A program made the translations under genes and the position numbers. A model generated the notes under the pieces. It made no database searches. It was not told the origin of the DNA and was given only the letters and a program-made list of their open reading frames with translations. From Selaginella moellendorffii (Eukaryota > Plantae > Lycopodiophyta), in the NCBI RefSeq assembly GCF_000143415.4, contig NW_003314278.1, forward strand, positions 512,371-576,370: a stretch of 64,000 nt of DNA. Direction: 5' to 3'. Shown here piece by piece: positions 49,761-62,200 of the stretch (within the stretch, counting starts at the first letter, position 1; each line of letters begins with the position of its first letter).

Positions 49761-51670
49761 TTACTGGGATTTATCCCACTCCGTGTTTTGCAGGCACGCC
49801 GGATCGAGATGGTCGGGCCCCAGCCTGACGCAGTTGATGTAATTCACCAAGCTGTGCCCGGCGATCCCAGGCACAAGCAAGCCTGCAATCCTTCCCAGTG
49901 GACAACCTCGTCTCACTAAACTCCGTGCCGTATCTATAGCTCATGAAGAAGCTCTGGACGAGCTCGAACAGCGCGTAAAGCCGGGACAGCACCACGTAAA
50001 CCGGGGAGAGGAAATTGGGAAATGGCTCGTCCGGAAGGATCTGGGCAGAACGTTAATATGGATCCTACACAGAGAGCAGTGTCTCGAAGTAAAGTACCTG
50101 GAGGGTGTAGTTGTAAGTGAAGTAGCAGCAATTCCCGAAATGCTTGAAGCCAAACAAAGAGTTGTCGAAGGGAACTCGAGCTACCATGTCGTTATTGTAG
50201 ACAACTCTAAAGTACCTCATGGTTGGCTTGTTTAAGCTGGTGTCCATGAAGGACGCAAAGCTCTTGTCTCCAACGCGGGGCTGGCTAGAGCGCCGCGAGC
50301 CTCCTGGCATCGTCGTCCTCGGTGTTGTAAAAGACTCGATTCTCTTCCCGGTTGTAGAAGAGCATGGCGGTGAAGAGCGTCGCCAGAGCGCCGCCGAGGC
50401 TGTGACCGGTGATGTAGAGCTTTGCGTTTCTGTGGTTCCGGAGGATGGTGACGAGCTCCGCGCTGATGTGGTCGTATGCGAGCAGCTTCGTCTCATCGCT
50501 GAGGACAAAGTCGGGTAATCCAGATGTTGGAGTCTGTGGCAACGGAGTCCTCGAGTTCTCGTAGATGTTCTGCTTCAACCTCTGGAAGCTTTGCATCCTG
50601 GTCCTGTCGCCCAGGCCCAGTGCTTCGAGGAATCCGAGATGGACACGGCCGAGCTGCGGGAGCTCGTACCAGGAGAAATCCAAGTCTGTGCACCAGTCGT
50701 ATGCATTGAAGGCTTCCGTTCCCCGGAAGGCAAGAACGATGGCTCCGGCATCAGTTTCCCGGTCCGCGAAGATGAATGCTTGAGTCGAGTTTTTTTTCTG
50801 AAACTCTGTAGCATGAAAGGGTGAGGAACGTCAGATGAAACTGGATAGCGACCTCTTACCGTTCCAACAGTTGTAAGTTCCTAGTAGATGCATCTGCAAA
50901 GGAGAAGCTGATGGAGTCAGAGGTTGTGCAAGGCTTGGACTTACCTTCCAATTCTGATTCACGACAAATTCGATGAACTTCGGGTTCTCATACGAAACCT
51001 TAGACGCCAGAGCACAAACATCTGCTACCGCTTTGGAGTCTGGACATGAAAGACACAGACGCTGAGACGAAGGGGCTTGGAGGAGGCTGATTCTTGGTTC
51101 CATGTGGCCGTTGAAAGTTAGGTAGCTCTCCGAATCCTCGGAAGGATCAACAAGCGCTGGAAGAACAGCACACAATTAAAAGTCAACACCGTGAAATCAA
51201 TTCTAGTTACCTTGTGGATCCATCGAAAGAGTATACAAGGTCCTGAGAATTCCTCCATTGGATGCACAAAGGTTAATTGCCTTCTCCACCCATCTTCCAA
51301 AGTGCTTCAGCGGTTGAGAGACAGACCTCATGCTCCAGAGCATAAACGGAGAAAATCTCGCTCTCCAATCCAAGTTCACACTCCCGACTTCCAAAGAATG
51401 CGAGTAGTGTGCTACGAGATAGCATCTATCATCTGCGACACGAGTGCCCATACTGGAAAAAGCCTCACAATGTCGAAGTTCAAGAGCGAAGAGAAGAATA
51501 AGAGGATAGCTTTAAAACATGAAATTCTGACTTACCACAACTCCTCATCAAAAAGAGGATTTTATAGAGTGCTAAGTCTTCTGGAAACAACCCGGCAACC
51601 GCGGAAACTTCAATCCCGCACGTATCCTCCTGCAAGTTTTTGCAAAAACACGAGATTAGCGCCCACACTG
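49761..51670 (-). pseudogene. class 3 triacylglycerol lipase (OBL1-like), multi-exon, frameshifted
   Basis: VAFRGTEAF..YDWCTDLDFSW, GRVHLGFLEALGL, ITGHSLGGALA (GxSxG), RVVYNNDMVARVPFD, FKHFG, PGIAGHSLVNYINCVRLG. The YTFG motif is deleted at ~50285 and there is a second frameshift near 49895. 5' end uncertain. Confidence 0.85.
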
Positions 51671-52679
51671 TGTACTTTGCCTGCTAGCCTTCCACGCCGA
51701 TCTCAACGTCCTGGCCGTCGTCTAGTTGCTTCTCCCGATTCTGGACGCTGATCTTTCGGAACTTTTCTGCCACCTCTGTTGTTGCGTTTGAATTCCTGAG
51801 TCGCAACTCGGCCTTCCCTGTGTTGATACACCTGCTTTCCCGGACATATCCTCATTTTCGCGCCTCCGTGATAAACATCCGGAAGACTCGGACCACTTCC
51901 TCGCCCGGAGCGCTGCACTTTCTTTCTGCCGCAACGTTGCTCCAGTATCTTGCGTGAATTAAAGCACCTGGAGAATAACGAAGACGTCCCAAAGGTCCGA
52001 GAGATGGGACTTCCAAACTCTCTCTCCTTAAGACCAAATTCTGACCGGTAATCTGACCAAAATCTGCTGAAGTGCTCGAGCCAATAGAAAGGTCATCATC
52101 TGGACTGCTAAACCTACATCTGTCAACCCGTGATGGCCACAACTCTTCCTCGGAACTGCATTGCGTCAGCCTTGCTGCTATAAACCGTTGTCGGGTATGA
52201 AAGAACTTCTGAAGTTCTTTCATACCTGAATCAGGAAAACAAGAGCTCCTCCTTGGGCTTCTCGAGAGAGGCAACACAAAAGGCCCGCCCAATGGAGCTT
52301 CACTTAGCTGGCCATGTTTCTTCTTCACACTTCTTCTGGCCTTTTTCACCGATGTAGTTTTGGAGGCAATCAGTGCTCTTAACCAGGATGATATGAAGGT
52401 CGGCCATATGATGGCCCATATCGCTTTCAGATGGTAGTTCGTGTGGCGCGGGATCGTCGACAGCAACTCTGAAAAAATATCACACAAGAAAAGAAAAGGA
52501 GAAAAGGTTCAGCTTCCAGCCATCTTCTACGATGGAAATAAAAGCAAGGCACTCACCACTCGGTTGGATTCGCTTTTAGGCTTATTGATCTTCGCCAGCT
52601 GAAATTTCTGTTAAGTTGAAAACGGAGTGTAATCGAACCGAGCATCTTCGCAGGAGACGAGCGGAATCAAACTTGACAG

Positions 52680-53615
52680 TTTGTCTTTAACCGACTCGGG
52701 ACGAGGCGTCCCCAGATTCTCCAAACAAAGCCGACATGAGGGCACATACAACTATGGAATCTCTGCAGGCAAAAGTACCAAAAGTTCTTGTCCAATTGAG
52801 TTCAGTGATTTTGGAGTCATCTGGTCGATGTAAAGGACACCCTGTGCGAACAAATACCACGGCCACCTTGATGTTTCCACAGAAAAAACAACAAACGAGA
52901 CATTACCTCCAGGTGATCATACTCATGTCGGAAAATTCCAGCAGTCCAGCCCCTGAAGGCGGTACCAAATTTCTTCCCGTTGATGTCTTGAGCTTTCAAC
53001 TCGGATCGATATCGGTCTCTGGAAACAAAGACGCAAGCTATAAAAGAGAATCTCTATGTATAAAGGAATAGTAGGCTTGAGCGCCGTAAAAAGGTACAGC
53101 TTCTCGCTCTTTCCCAAACTTGACAATCATTGGATTCACGAAAACGTACTCTTTGCCTTTGCCTCTTTCGCCCTCGGGATTAAAGACCATGAGCCTGGCA
53201 TTGACGCCTACTTGTGGAGCGGACAAGCCTACTCCATCTCTCCTGGCAAAAATGAAAAGAAAGACAAGAAAACAAGGCATGCCAACGTTGGACAGTGATG
53301 AAATTCGCAAGGAACATACCTGTACGTCACGTCCAGCATAAGCTTCTTGACCTTATCATCGAAGGAACTGATGCGGATGTTCCTCGCGCGGAGCTTGGGA
53401 TCGGCATACAAGACAATGCTGAGATTGGAATTGAATTCCTCAGGGCCAGCTGCGAGGAAACAAGAAAATCAGGAGACAAGAACCCTATACCACGCAATCT
53501 CACCGCTCGCCGCAAGATCGGTGAGTTCTTCATGCAATGCATGCGCTTTTCCTTGGAAATTTCGGGCTTTTGATCGATCCCCACTGCGAGGCCGCGCTAG
53601 AAAATGCCGTGCCAT
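52680..53615 (-). pseudogene. organellar peptide deformylase (PDF1B-like) pseudogene
   Basis: YADPKLRA, DGVGLSAPQVG, VFVNPMI, FRHEYDHL, GVLYIDQM across short introns; the EGCLS motif is disrupted and there are small deletions. Confidence 0.85.
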
Positions 53616-54355
53616 GGCGTCGGCGGCCACCGATGCGGCTCCAAAGCGCGAGACCGATCCGAAGAAGGGAATGGGACTCGTCTCGCTGTTTGGAAACGAT
53701 GTGGACACGTACTACGACAAGCTCCTGGATGGGCAGAGTGGAGTCGGGCTGATCGATCGCTTCGATGCCTCCCCGTGACCTACCAAGTTTGCGGCACAGA
53801 TTCGTGACTTCTCGGCGAAAGGCTACATTGATGGCAAGAACGATCGCCGGCTGGATGACTGCCTTAGGTACGGAATCGTTGGTGGTAAGAGAGCTCTGGA
53901 GCACGCTGATCTTGGACGAGACAAGCTCGACAAGGTAGCAAACCTCTCTCTTTTGTTCTTGTTTTCTAAAGGAGCAATTTTATTTACCAGGTTGACAAGC
54001 AAAGAGTGGGCGTACTCATTGGCTCCGGAATGGGAGGGCTCCCAGTTTTCTCTGATGGAGTCCAGTCGCTGATCGAGAAGGAATATAGACGGATCACTCC
54101 GTTTTTCATTCCTTACTCGATTACCAACATGGCGTCGGCATTGCTGACTATAGAGCTGGGACTTACGGGACCAAACTACTCGATTTCTACTGCCTGTGCC
54201 ACCTCGAATTACTGCTCTATGCGGCAGCAAACTCTATTCGTAGAGGTGAAGCTGACATGATGGTGGTCATTCCAGTCAGCTTGGGTGGCTTTGTAACTCA
54301 GATCCACAGACTGCGTAGAGGCCATGGGACAAAGGCCGAGAAGGATTTGTGATGG
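53614..54355 (+). pseudogene. 3-ketoacyl-ACP synthase I (KASI-like) truncated pseudogene
   Basis: APKRETDPKK-GMGLVSLFGNDVD (RVVIT deleted), YIDGKNDRRLDDCLRY, intron 53935-53990, GPNYSISTACATSNYC, RPWDKGREGFVM; frameshifts and 3' truncation. Confidence 0.9.
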
Positions 54356-54464
54356 CTTTGAGTTACCCCAATTTATATCTATTTATTCCATAATGTATAA
54401 TTAAAATAAAAAGAAGTTAAATTATACATTAAAAATGAATTTCAAATCAAATTTAGAATTATTT

Positions 54465-54819
54465 TTGGTTTGCTTAAGCAAACCTATAGGGGGACTGAGA
54501 TGGTATTAAATATACCTAGAATATACTTGGATATTCTAGGATATTCTACCATCTAATGGTTGTTATTCATTTAGATTAATTTTGTATTTATAATTTATAA
54601 ACATGTTTATAATTTATAAACTTTCTTAAACCTTTTCTAGTATATTCTTTTTAATTCTACCATCTAATGGTTGATATGCAATAAAATTAATCTTGTATAT
54701 ATGAATTACAAACATGCTTATAATTATAAACTTTATTTGATCAATTGGATTAATAAGTAATAATAACACTAGTATTAAGCAAACCAAGTGTTGCTACATG
54801 CAATGCGTAGCAATTTATT
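54465..54819 (+). mobile_element. non-autonomous Helentron/Helitron2-like element
   Basis: 5' palindrome GGTTTGCTTAAGCAAACC (54467-54484), 3' sub-TIR TTAAGCAAACCAA (~54775-54787), hairpin TTGCTAC..GTAGCAA (54791-54813), two internal ~80-bp direct repeats, T-rich target with no TSD; absent from the paralogous site at ~49060. Confidence 0.7.
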
Positions 54820-56667
54820 ATATATAGAAGAAAATTAAAAATGACTAACTTTTTTAATTATGATATTATAACTTATAAGCCACTAGCTATATGAGAGATT
54901 GGTTTATATTTATATTTATTAATATTATATAGCCTAGACTTGAGTAGTTTTTTAAAAAATATATATTTTGTTTAAAATATAAAAACTTTTACCAATGTAT
55001 TACCACATGGCTCTTGTAAGCTTGGGTTTAGATGACATGGCTAATATTCACTATTCAATCCATTTCTCTGAAAACCATGGGATTGAATATTTGAATCAAT
55101 GTTGTTTGACAGTCATCAAGAACATTTATCAGATGTACTCTATTTCTTTAACTACAGCTCTAACTCTATAATATCTTTCCACTCCAAGATTGCCACTTGT
55201 GCAAGGAGTACTTCCAAGTTGATGCAACAAGCAGTCCATCTTCTATAAGCTAGAGATTGACATTTGAGGCCATGTGGAAAATTAAAACTATTAAATATAT
55301 CTATATTAGAATAATATTTGGGACAAAACCAACAGCTTTATTTATGAAGAGTATGGGAATTTTTTAGCATATGGTGCTAAAAGTGAATACAAGGTTTTGT
55401 ATGACATCCCCACTAATTGAAAATAACATGGTTAAAACTTCATAAGAGGTGCGAACTAATTTTTGGTATGATTTTTACTTAGCTTTTTTTTTTCTACAGA
55501 TCATTCTTCAAAAGTATGAATTTGAAACTAATAGGCTACTACCATTAGAAAGTCTAAAGAAGATCTTTGCTACACCATAAATAACACAAAAATAAATTTG
55601 TTTTGTGCCCTTAGAATTTATAGCCTTAGAGTTATAAAAAAAATTAAAAAAAAAACAGGATCCTTAGCTTATGTTTTAAAAACTAAAATCTTGCTAGCCA
55701 TTGAATGCCAGTGATTACAAAATGTAGAGTTATGTTTGGTTTGGAAGAGGGATCTTTAATGCCAACACAAATACAATTTGAATAATCTAAGTATGTTAAA
55801 ACTATATAGTTTTTCTTATGTTTTTGGTTTGCTTAAGCAGTGTAGAATAATTTTACTTCTCAGAAAATTTATATTATTGAGACTTGAGTAGTATAAGAAT
55901 TCTAATTACAATGTTCAAGGCACTTTGTTTCTTTCTTTTTTCTTAAATATCACGTCTTTAGAGGTAGGCTAAAGGTAGATAGATGCACTAGATGGTATAT
56001 TCTGATTTTATGCATTCTGATCATATATATATTCTTCCTATTGGGAGTTTGCTGAGGGAAGTTTACATTCTCTCTCACTACAATGCTTTTTGGTGGTGTT
56101 TCTATATAATTTTAAATATGGTTTCACATCAATTTCCAGAAGTATTTTCCAACAACAATAAAGCAATATAAATTTTAGTTGAAGACATAGTAGAACTTTA
56201 AGAAAGGCTTGCCCATATTGTGGAGGTTACATTAATGCAAACTATATAGATCAAATTGTTGAAGAGCATTAATAATGTTCCAAAAACTTCATACTTGAAA
56301 GATCCATCTTGCAATTTTTGGTGAATAATATTAAATTTTTTGTTTACTTACATAGGCAAGTAAACACTTTCAAGGATGGACGAGTTAAAGACATTGCAGC
56401 TTCAACTGCAGCTAGTTTCAAGAGATCGCGAAAAGATCTTTACATATACTTCCAGCACAGCTATCAAAAATTGGAAAACCTGAAAACACCGACATTTCTC
56501 AAGTGCTTATCGTTGGCTGAGCACCTAAGTGATCTCTAGGAGGCACTTGCGTGCGTTCCACGCATTAAGCGCATCCTGGGGACTCCAGTTGGTGACTTGA
56601 CGACCAACAAGAGTCTTGAGCATGCCATCGTAGGACCTCTTTTGCCCCCTTCACCGCATCTTGTTAT

Positions 56668-57429
56668 TGTTAGCAGCGGAGAGACACGCACGAGGAGGAA
56701 GAACTGTATATATATATAACTGTATATGATTGTGTACATATACATAAAGCTACTACCACGTGGGCATAACTACTACCACATCATCTCTACCTCTAACACT
56801 CCCACTCATGATCAGGCGGCTGATCCAAGTCTGAATCTAAGCCTGAATCGTGCCTATCTAGTTTGAGATGATGAGCATGGAGAGCTAATGAGAAAAGCAT
56901 AAGAAAAACTCATCAATCAACTACCCAAAACTTTGTTCTTGGTCTTGGTCTTGCTTGCACACATTCTTGCTTCATGCTACGGTCTCAATCTTGCCTCTAG
57001 CATGTGGTCTTGGCCGTGAACTGCCAGGCTCCCACTTCTCTGCGACTAGGCACTTGAATCTCCATAAGCATCCTTCCCAATTGCTGGAAATTCCTGCAAA
57101 GAATTGCTATGCAATGTTCTTGAATCTTGACCAAATTCTTGATGTGGGTTGTTGAAATCTCTCAATCTCCCACTGGCTTTGTTCTCTGATTGCTGCTGCT
57201 TGTTGCTCAGCACCTGTACATAGCCTGGTGCCTTGGTGCAGCGCCTCAAGCGTCCCAAACATTGCAAGAAGGATTGCAATCGAGGCTCATCCTCCTCCTC
57301 ATCACTGGCCTCCTGGCCAGCAAGCGCCATGCCCAGGATCAAGGAGCCCAAGGCTCCGATACCATGTTAGCAGCGGAGAGACGCGCACGAGGAGGAAGAA
57401 CTGTATATATATATAATTGTATATGATTG
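56668..57429 (-). mobile_element. TRIM-like non-autonomous LTR element X
   Basis: 131-bp LTR 56668-56798 (TGTTAG..CTAACA), PPT rc CTCCCACTCA (56799-56808), Met PBS rc GCTCCGATACCA (57353-57364), half 5' LTR 57365-57429. Confidence 0.85.
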
Positions 57430-58132
57430 AGCATAACTTTTGTTGCCAGCAGTCGCTGCCTTTTTTATCATGGTATCGGAGCACAGCTCTTGAGGACCTG
57501 TGAAGGATGAAGAAGAAGAAGAAGCTTCCAGATGCCAACGGCAGAAGCAAAGTAGCCTAGAGCACAGCAACAAAGCAATGGCAGAGCCGTACCAGCAGCG
57601 AGGAGTGGCAGATAGTAGCGACTCAGAAGCCCTGGAGCGGCAGAAGATGCTGATAAGCTCCAAGAGAGGAGCAGCAGCAGCCAAGTGAGGGGCGGCAGAT
57701 AGCAGCGGCAGAGTTGGCTGAGAAGCCCAGCAGTGGCAAAAGAGCTCCAAGAGAGGAGCAGCAGCAGCCAAGTGAAGGGTGGCAGATAGCAGCGGCAGAG
57801 TTGGCTGAGAAGCCCAGCAGTGGCAAAAGAGCTCCAAGAGAGGAGCAGCAACAGCCAAGTGAGCGGCGGCAAAGCAGCCAAGAGTGGCAGAGGCAGCAAG
57901 CCCTAGAGCAACAAGATGTAGTTGCTTTGAGTGGGAGTCAGTGTCAGTTGTATGCATGCTGAGCATCTTATGTTCAAGCTTTGTCTCAATTTGTAGACAC
58001 GCCTGAGTGGGAGTGATGCTTAGTTAGGAAGTTAGGATGATGTGGCATTAGGCAGTTGCCACAGCCATGTATATATAGCTTCATATATACAATATGAGCA
58101 GTCGTTGCCAGCAGTCACTGCCTTTTTTATCA
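57428..58132 (+). mobile_element. TRIM-like non-autonomous LTR element Y
   Basis: Partial 5' LTR ending CCTTTTTTATCA (57470), PBS TGGTATCGGAGC (57471-57482), 87-bp internal tandem repeat (starts at 57656, 57743, 57830), PPT TGAGTGGGAG (58004-58013), 119-bp LTR 58014-58132 (TGAT..ATCA). Confidence 0.85.
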
Positions 58133-58137
58133 GTTAT

Positions 58138-59050
58138 ACCCTTGCACCGTCCTGCAAGTCTGTCAATACCAAAGCACTTGGAAACGCAGCTCTTACCTGA
58201 TGAAGAAGCGGCCAACCGGGTGAAGACCATTGGGGATTCTCATCTTGATCTTAGCGAAGTCCTTCTTCCACGTTTCGAAGTTGTTCTGTAATTCGGCGCG
58301 GGTGAAGCTTGGAGTGAATTTCTTTGGATTCACCTCCATCTTTTCTTCCGGGAACTCTGCGCACACGACCACAAATAGCTAGACGGGTAGCCGTTTTTGC
58401 AGTCATTTACCTTGCAAGCTGGCCTGATAAATCTGATGGTTCTCCACCCAAACGAAACCATCTATTTCCAGGATTCCGTAATACCAGTCATCCTTGTCAC
58501 CGGCCTAGAAGATGATATGCTCATGATCCAAGTGACTAACTATTCTTACCATGATGGTCACTGGCGGTCTGTAGCTCTTCGGACGCGCTGCTGTCTCCAC
58601 CAGTTCCTGTATGGTGTACATAGCTGGCTGGTAGAGATTCTCAACGCCGGCGTTGCGTTTGAAATCCAACGTCACCTTGAGCCGCAGGCCACGAAGCGTG
58701 TAGCGTTTAGTGTACACGTATGGGAAGGTTTTCCGTGTCAACCAGGGTCACGTGTCTTTCTTGTCAGCCTCATACTGGAGCACAACGTCCGCTTTTTTGT
58801 CAGGTGGCGATGACGGGGGCTCCTTTTCAAGTTCGCGGGGCCTTGTAAAGCGGCCAAGGTTCCGTAGCATCCTGTCCAGTATCGGTGCGACCTGCATCTC
58901 TCCTTTGCAATCACCTTGGAACACAGTCGAGTAGGCCACATTGTTGGCGATGAGCTTGTTGACGCAATGAAGAGTTTCGCCTGAGATCTCCACGGCACCA
59001 AACCTAGGCATCTGATGCTTGATCTCTATCAAGCCATAGCGCATGCGAAA
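58138..59050 (-). pseudogene. unknown gene family pseudogene; appears to continue beyond the TRIM pair to ~56500
   Basis: ORFs 58748-59044 and 58505-58741, paralogy to 47396-47806, and GC-rich coding-like sequence on both sides of the GTTAT target site. Confidence 0.45.
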
Positions 59051-59249
59051 GTCGGCCTCTTTATGGAGGAGTTGTGAAGAGTTGCTCCTCCTGCGCTCCA
59101 GCGATCATGAGCTGTCCAGAGTGACATGTCGAGCATGACCAGACAAGGCTGGGAGAGCTTACCGATTTCATGGACAGCTTGTTGAGGTGCCAGGACACCA
59201 AGCGGCAAAAGCTAATGGACCGTTAGGAATAGGGCAATCCTTACTCTAC

Positions 59250-62200
59250 ATTATGCCCTTAGTTTGATCTGTTGCTTGGTGCTGGATGGTTTTGGTCACG
59301 CTAATTGGAGAGCGAGATGGTGCCTAGCAGAAGAAATCCAACGCAATATCAGTGCACATTAAGAAGAAATGATTTTAACTTTTTCACCGTGATCTTTCAT
59401 GAGTTTTGTTTCCTAATTGAGGGGAATATAAAAGTGTTCGACAAGATGAAATTCTGGGGCTCTTTTGGACTGTGGAAGAGATAGGTAGTGCTATACATAA
59501 TTGGAGAATGTTAGGTGCCAGCTTTGACTACGTGGTCAACGTCAGTCAAAGGGAGGCTCAAGGGTATATTAGGGTAAGGGACTTAACCTACCCTAGGGCT
59601 CACAGTGGAGCAGCGGCATAGTGGAGCTTTTGAGGTAACTCGGGGGTGGTTGGGTGGTGAGGAACCTCAAGAGGTGGCGTAACATAGTCTAGGGCAACTA
59701 GATCTTTGTCTTTTTGCGCCGGATCATAACATTGGTATCAGAGCATTGGTTGCGATGGCCGACCAAGCTGAATGCTGGAATCCTATTGTCGATGGTGGTG
59801 TCGACGATGGTGCCGACGAAGCTGCGGAGATTTGGACTATTCAAGATGTGGTTCATGAGCTGCGAGCCCTTAATTGAAATCAGCAAGAGATGCAAGACAA
59901 GATGCATGGCATGATGGATACCATGTGTGGGCGTGTTGAGGCACTCGAGGCTGGACGGGGTAACACTCCAAGTAAGCCTTCTCTAGTAGATCGACTCAAG
60001 ATTCCAACCTTTTCCGGTGATGGTGGTGTGGACGAGTGTCTCGCTTGGCTAGCCAATGTGAAGAAGTTCTTGCAGAGGCTTTAGTGGCTATTCCGATGGT
60101 TTTGCGTGATGCGGGTCTTCGATGGTGGAATTGGCTTGAGGAGTCCTATGTTGCAGATAAGAAACCACCAGTGTTTACCATGGATGAGTTTGAGGCTGCT
60201 TTCTGTTTACGTTTTGCCCCTCATTACGACGTGGAGAATGCTCGTACAGAACTTCGCCATTTCCAGTAAGGGAAAATGATGCTCGGGGATTATATTGAGA
60301 AGCTTACTCGCTTGATTAGTCGTGTTCCAACGAAGGATCCAGATCAGAACAAGTCCTACTTCATTGATGGCCTATATAGTGAGAGCATGCGGCAACACTT
60401 GCGTCATTCTCAGCCTACAAAGAGTTTGGAGGAGCTCTTTGATGCGGCTCGTCGACTTGACAATGACAAGCACAAGTATCGCAAGCGTTTGCGGAGTCCT
60501 TCTGTCGAGAATCGTCGTGATGATCGCCGTGGACACAAGGATGGGAACAAGCATCACAAGTTGAAGTCGGTGGTGACTACTTCAAATGCAAAGGGGTCCA
60601 AGAAGCAGAAGTTCTTTGTGAAGAATTATAGACAAGGTTGTCATCATTGCGGCGAACTTGGACACTACAAGGCTGATTGTCTGCAGTTGAAGAACAAGCA
60701 GCAGGAAAAGAAGAATGGCCAATCATCTTCTCACGGTAAGTCAGATACTAAAAAGTTGCAAGCTTTATAGCGTGAGGATGACGAGAACGACCATTCCGGT
60801 CGGAGGAAGAGACTTTTGATTGTTGCTCGTCAACTCAACTGTGTGTGGAACAAGATGGAGCTCGAGGATACGCGTGAATCAGCTTTAATGCTGGAGGGCG
60901 TATTCCGTGGCGATCCAGTGTGGATTTTACTGGATAGTGGGAGTGATGACAACTTTGTTTCGGCAAAGTTTGTTGCGGAGCATCGCCTGAACACACGTGG
61001 AGTTCTTCTATACACAGTGGAAGGTGCAGCTACCTCTGCTCAGCATTTCGATGCTTGTGTCAAGGGGCTGGAAGTGTTGGTTGGCAAAACCACACTTGTG
61101 GAGACTTTTTATCTCGCAGATATCCATCGTGTGGATCTCATTCTTGGGATGCCATGGTTGGTGAAGGTGGATCCAGAGATAAAGTGGAGCATTAAGCGTA
61201 TCTCGCTGGAGTATAGTGGCGTTAAAGATGTGTGGTTTGGCGAGGGCGTTCAACCACCAGTTGTTATGCTCTCTGCTACATCTTTGAAGCGGGCTTGTCG
61301 TAATGGAAAAGCACTTTTGAGTTACTTGCTGTTTGTTCGTGACTTGGGCAACCAAGGCACGTGTGGGGGAGAAGCAACAGTACGGGATGTACTAGACGAG
61401 TTTTCTGCTGTTTTTCCACATGAACTTCCGCATGGGTTGCCTCCATTACGAGGTGTGGAGCATGAGATTACATTGGAGCCGGGGACACGGCCCATTTACC
61501 AACGCCCATTTCGGTTAAGTTAAGCGGAGGAGCAAGAAGTTTAACGACAAGTCAAGGAGTTACTTGAGTTTGGATTTATTCAGCCAAGTAAGTCTCCGTT
61601 TGGTGCTCCGGTCTTGCTTGTGAAGAAGAAGGACGGTTCAATGCAAATGTGTATTGACTACTGCGCTTTAAACAAGAAGACAGTGAAGGATAAGATGCCA
61701 ATGCCACGTGTGGATGATATCCTGGACAAGCTTGGTGAAGCACGAGTGTTTACCAAGATTGATCTGAGGAGTGGATATCATCAGATTGCAATGGATGATG
61801 CATCTATCTCCAAGACGGCATTCAACACAAGCTTCAGACATTTTGAGTTTACAATTATGTCGTTTGGTTTGACAAATGCACTGGCCACATTTACTCGGTT
61901 GATGACGAAGGTATTTGGGCATTATCTTCATGAGTTTGTGGAGATTTTCTTGGATGATATTCTTGTTTTTAGCAAGAATATGGAGAAGCATAGGGTGCAT
62001 TTGCGCAAGGTTCTTTTGTTACTCCGAGACAACAAACTTTATGCAAAGAAGAGCAAATATGAATTTGCAAAGTCGGAGGTGGAATATCTAGGCTATATTG
62101 TGACATCTAAGGGTGTCAAGACAGATCCAAAGAAGGTGGCTATGGTGGAAAATTGGCCTACACCGACTACGGTGGCCGAGTTGCGCAGTTTTCTTGATAT

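Noticed and set aside
51852-52487. 211-aa ORF as a named gene
   Set aside because: Coding-like but no family could be supported from motifs.
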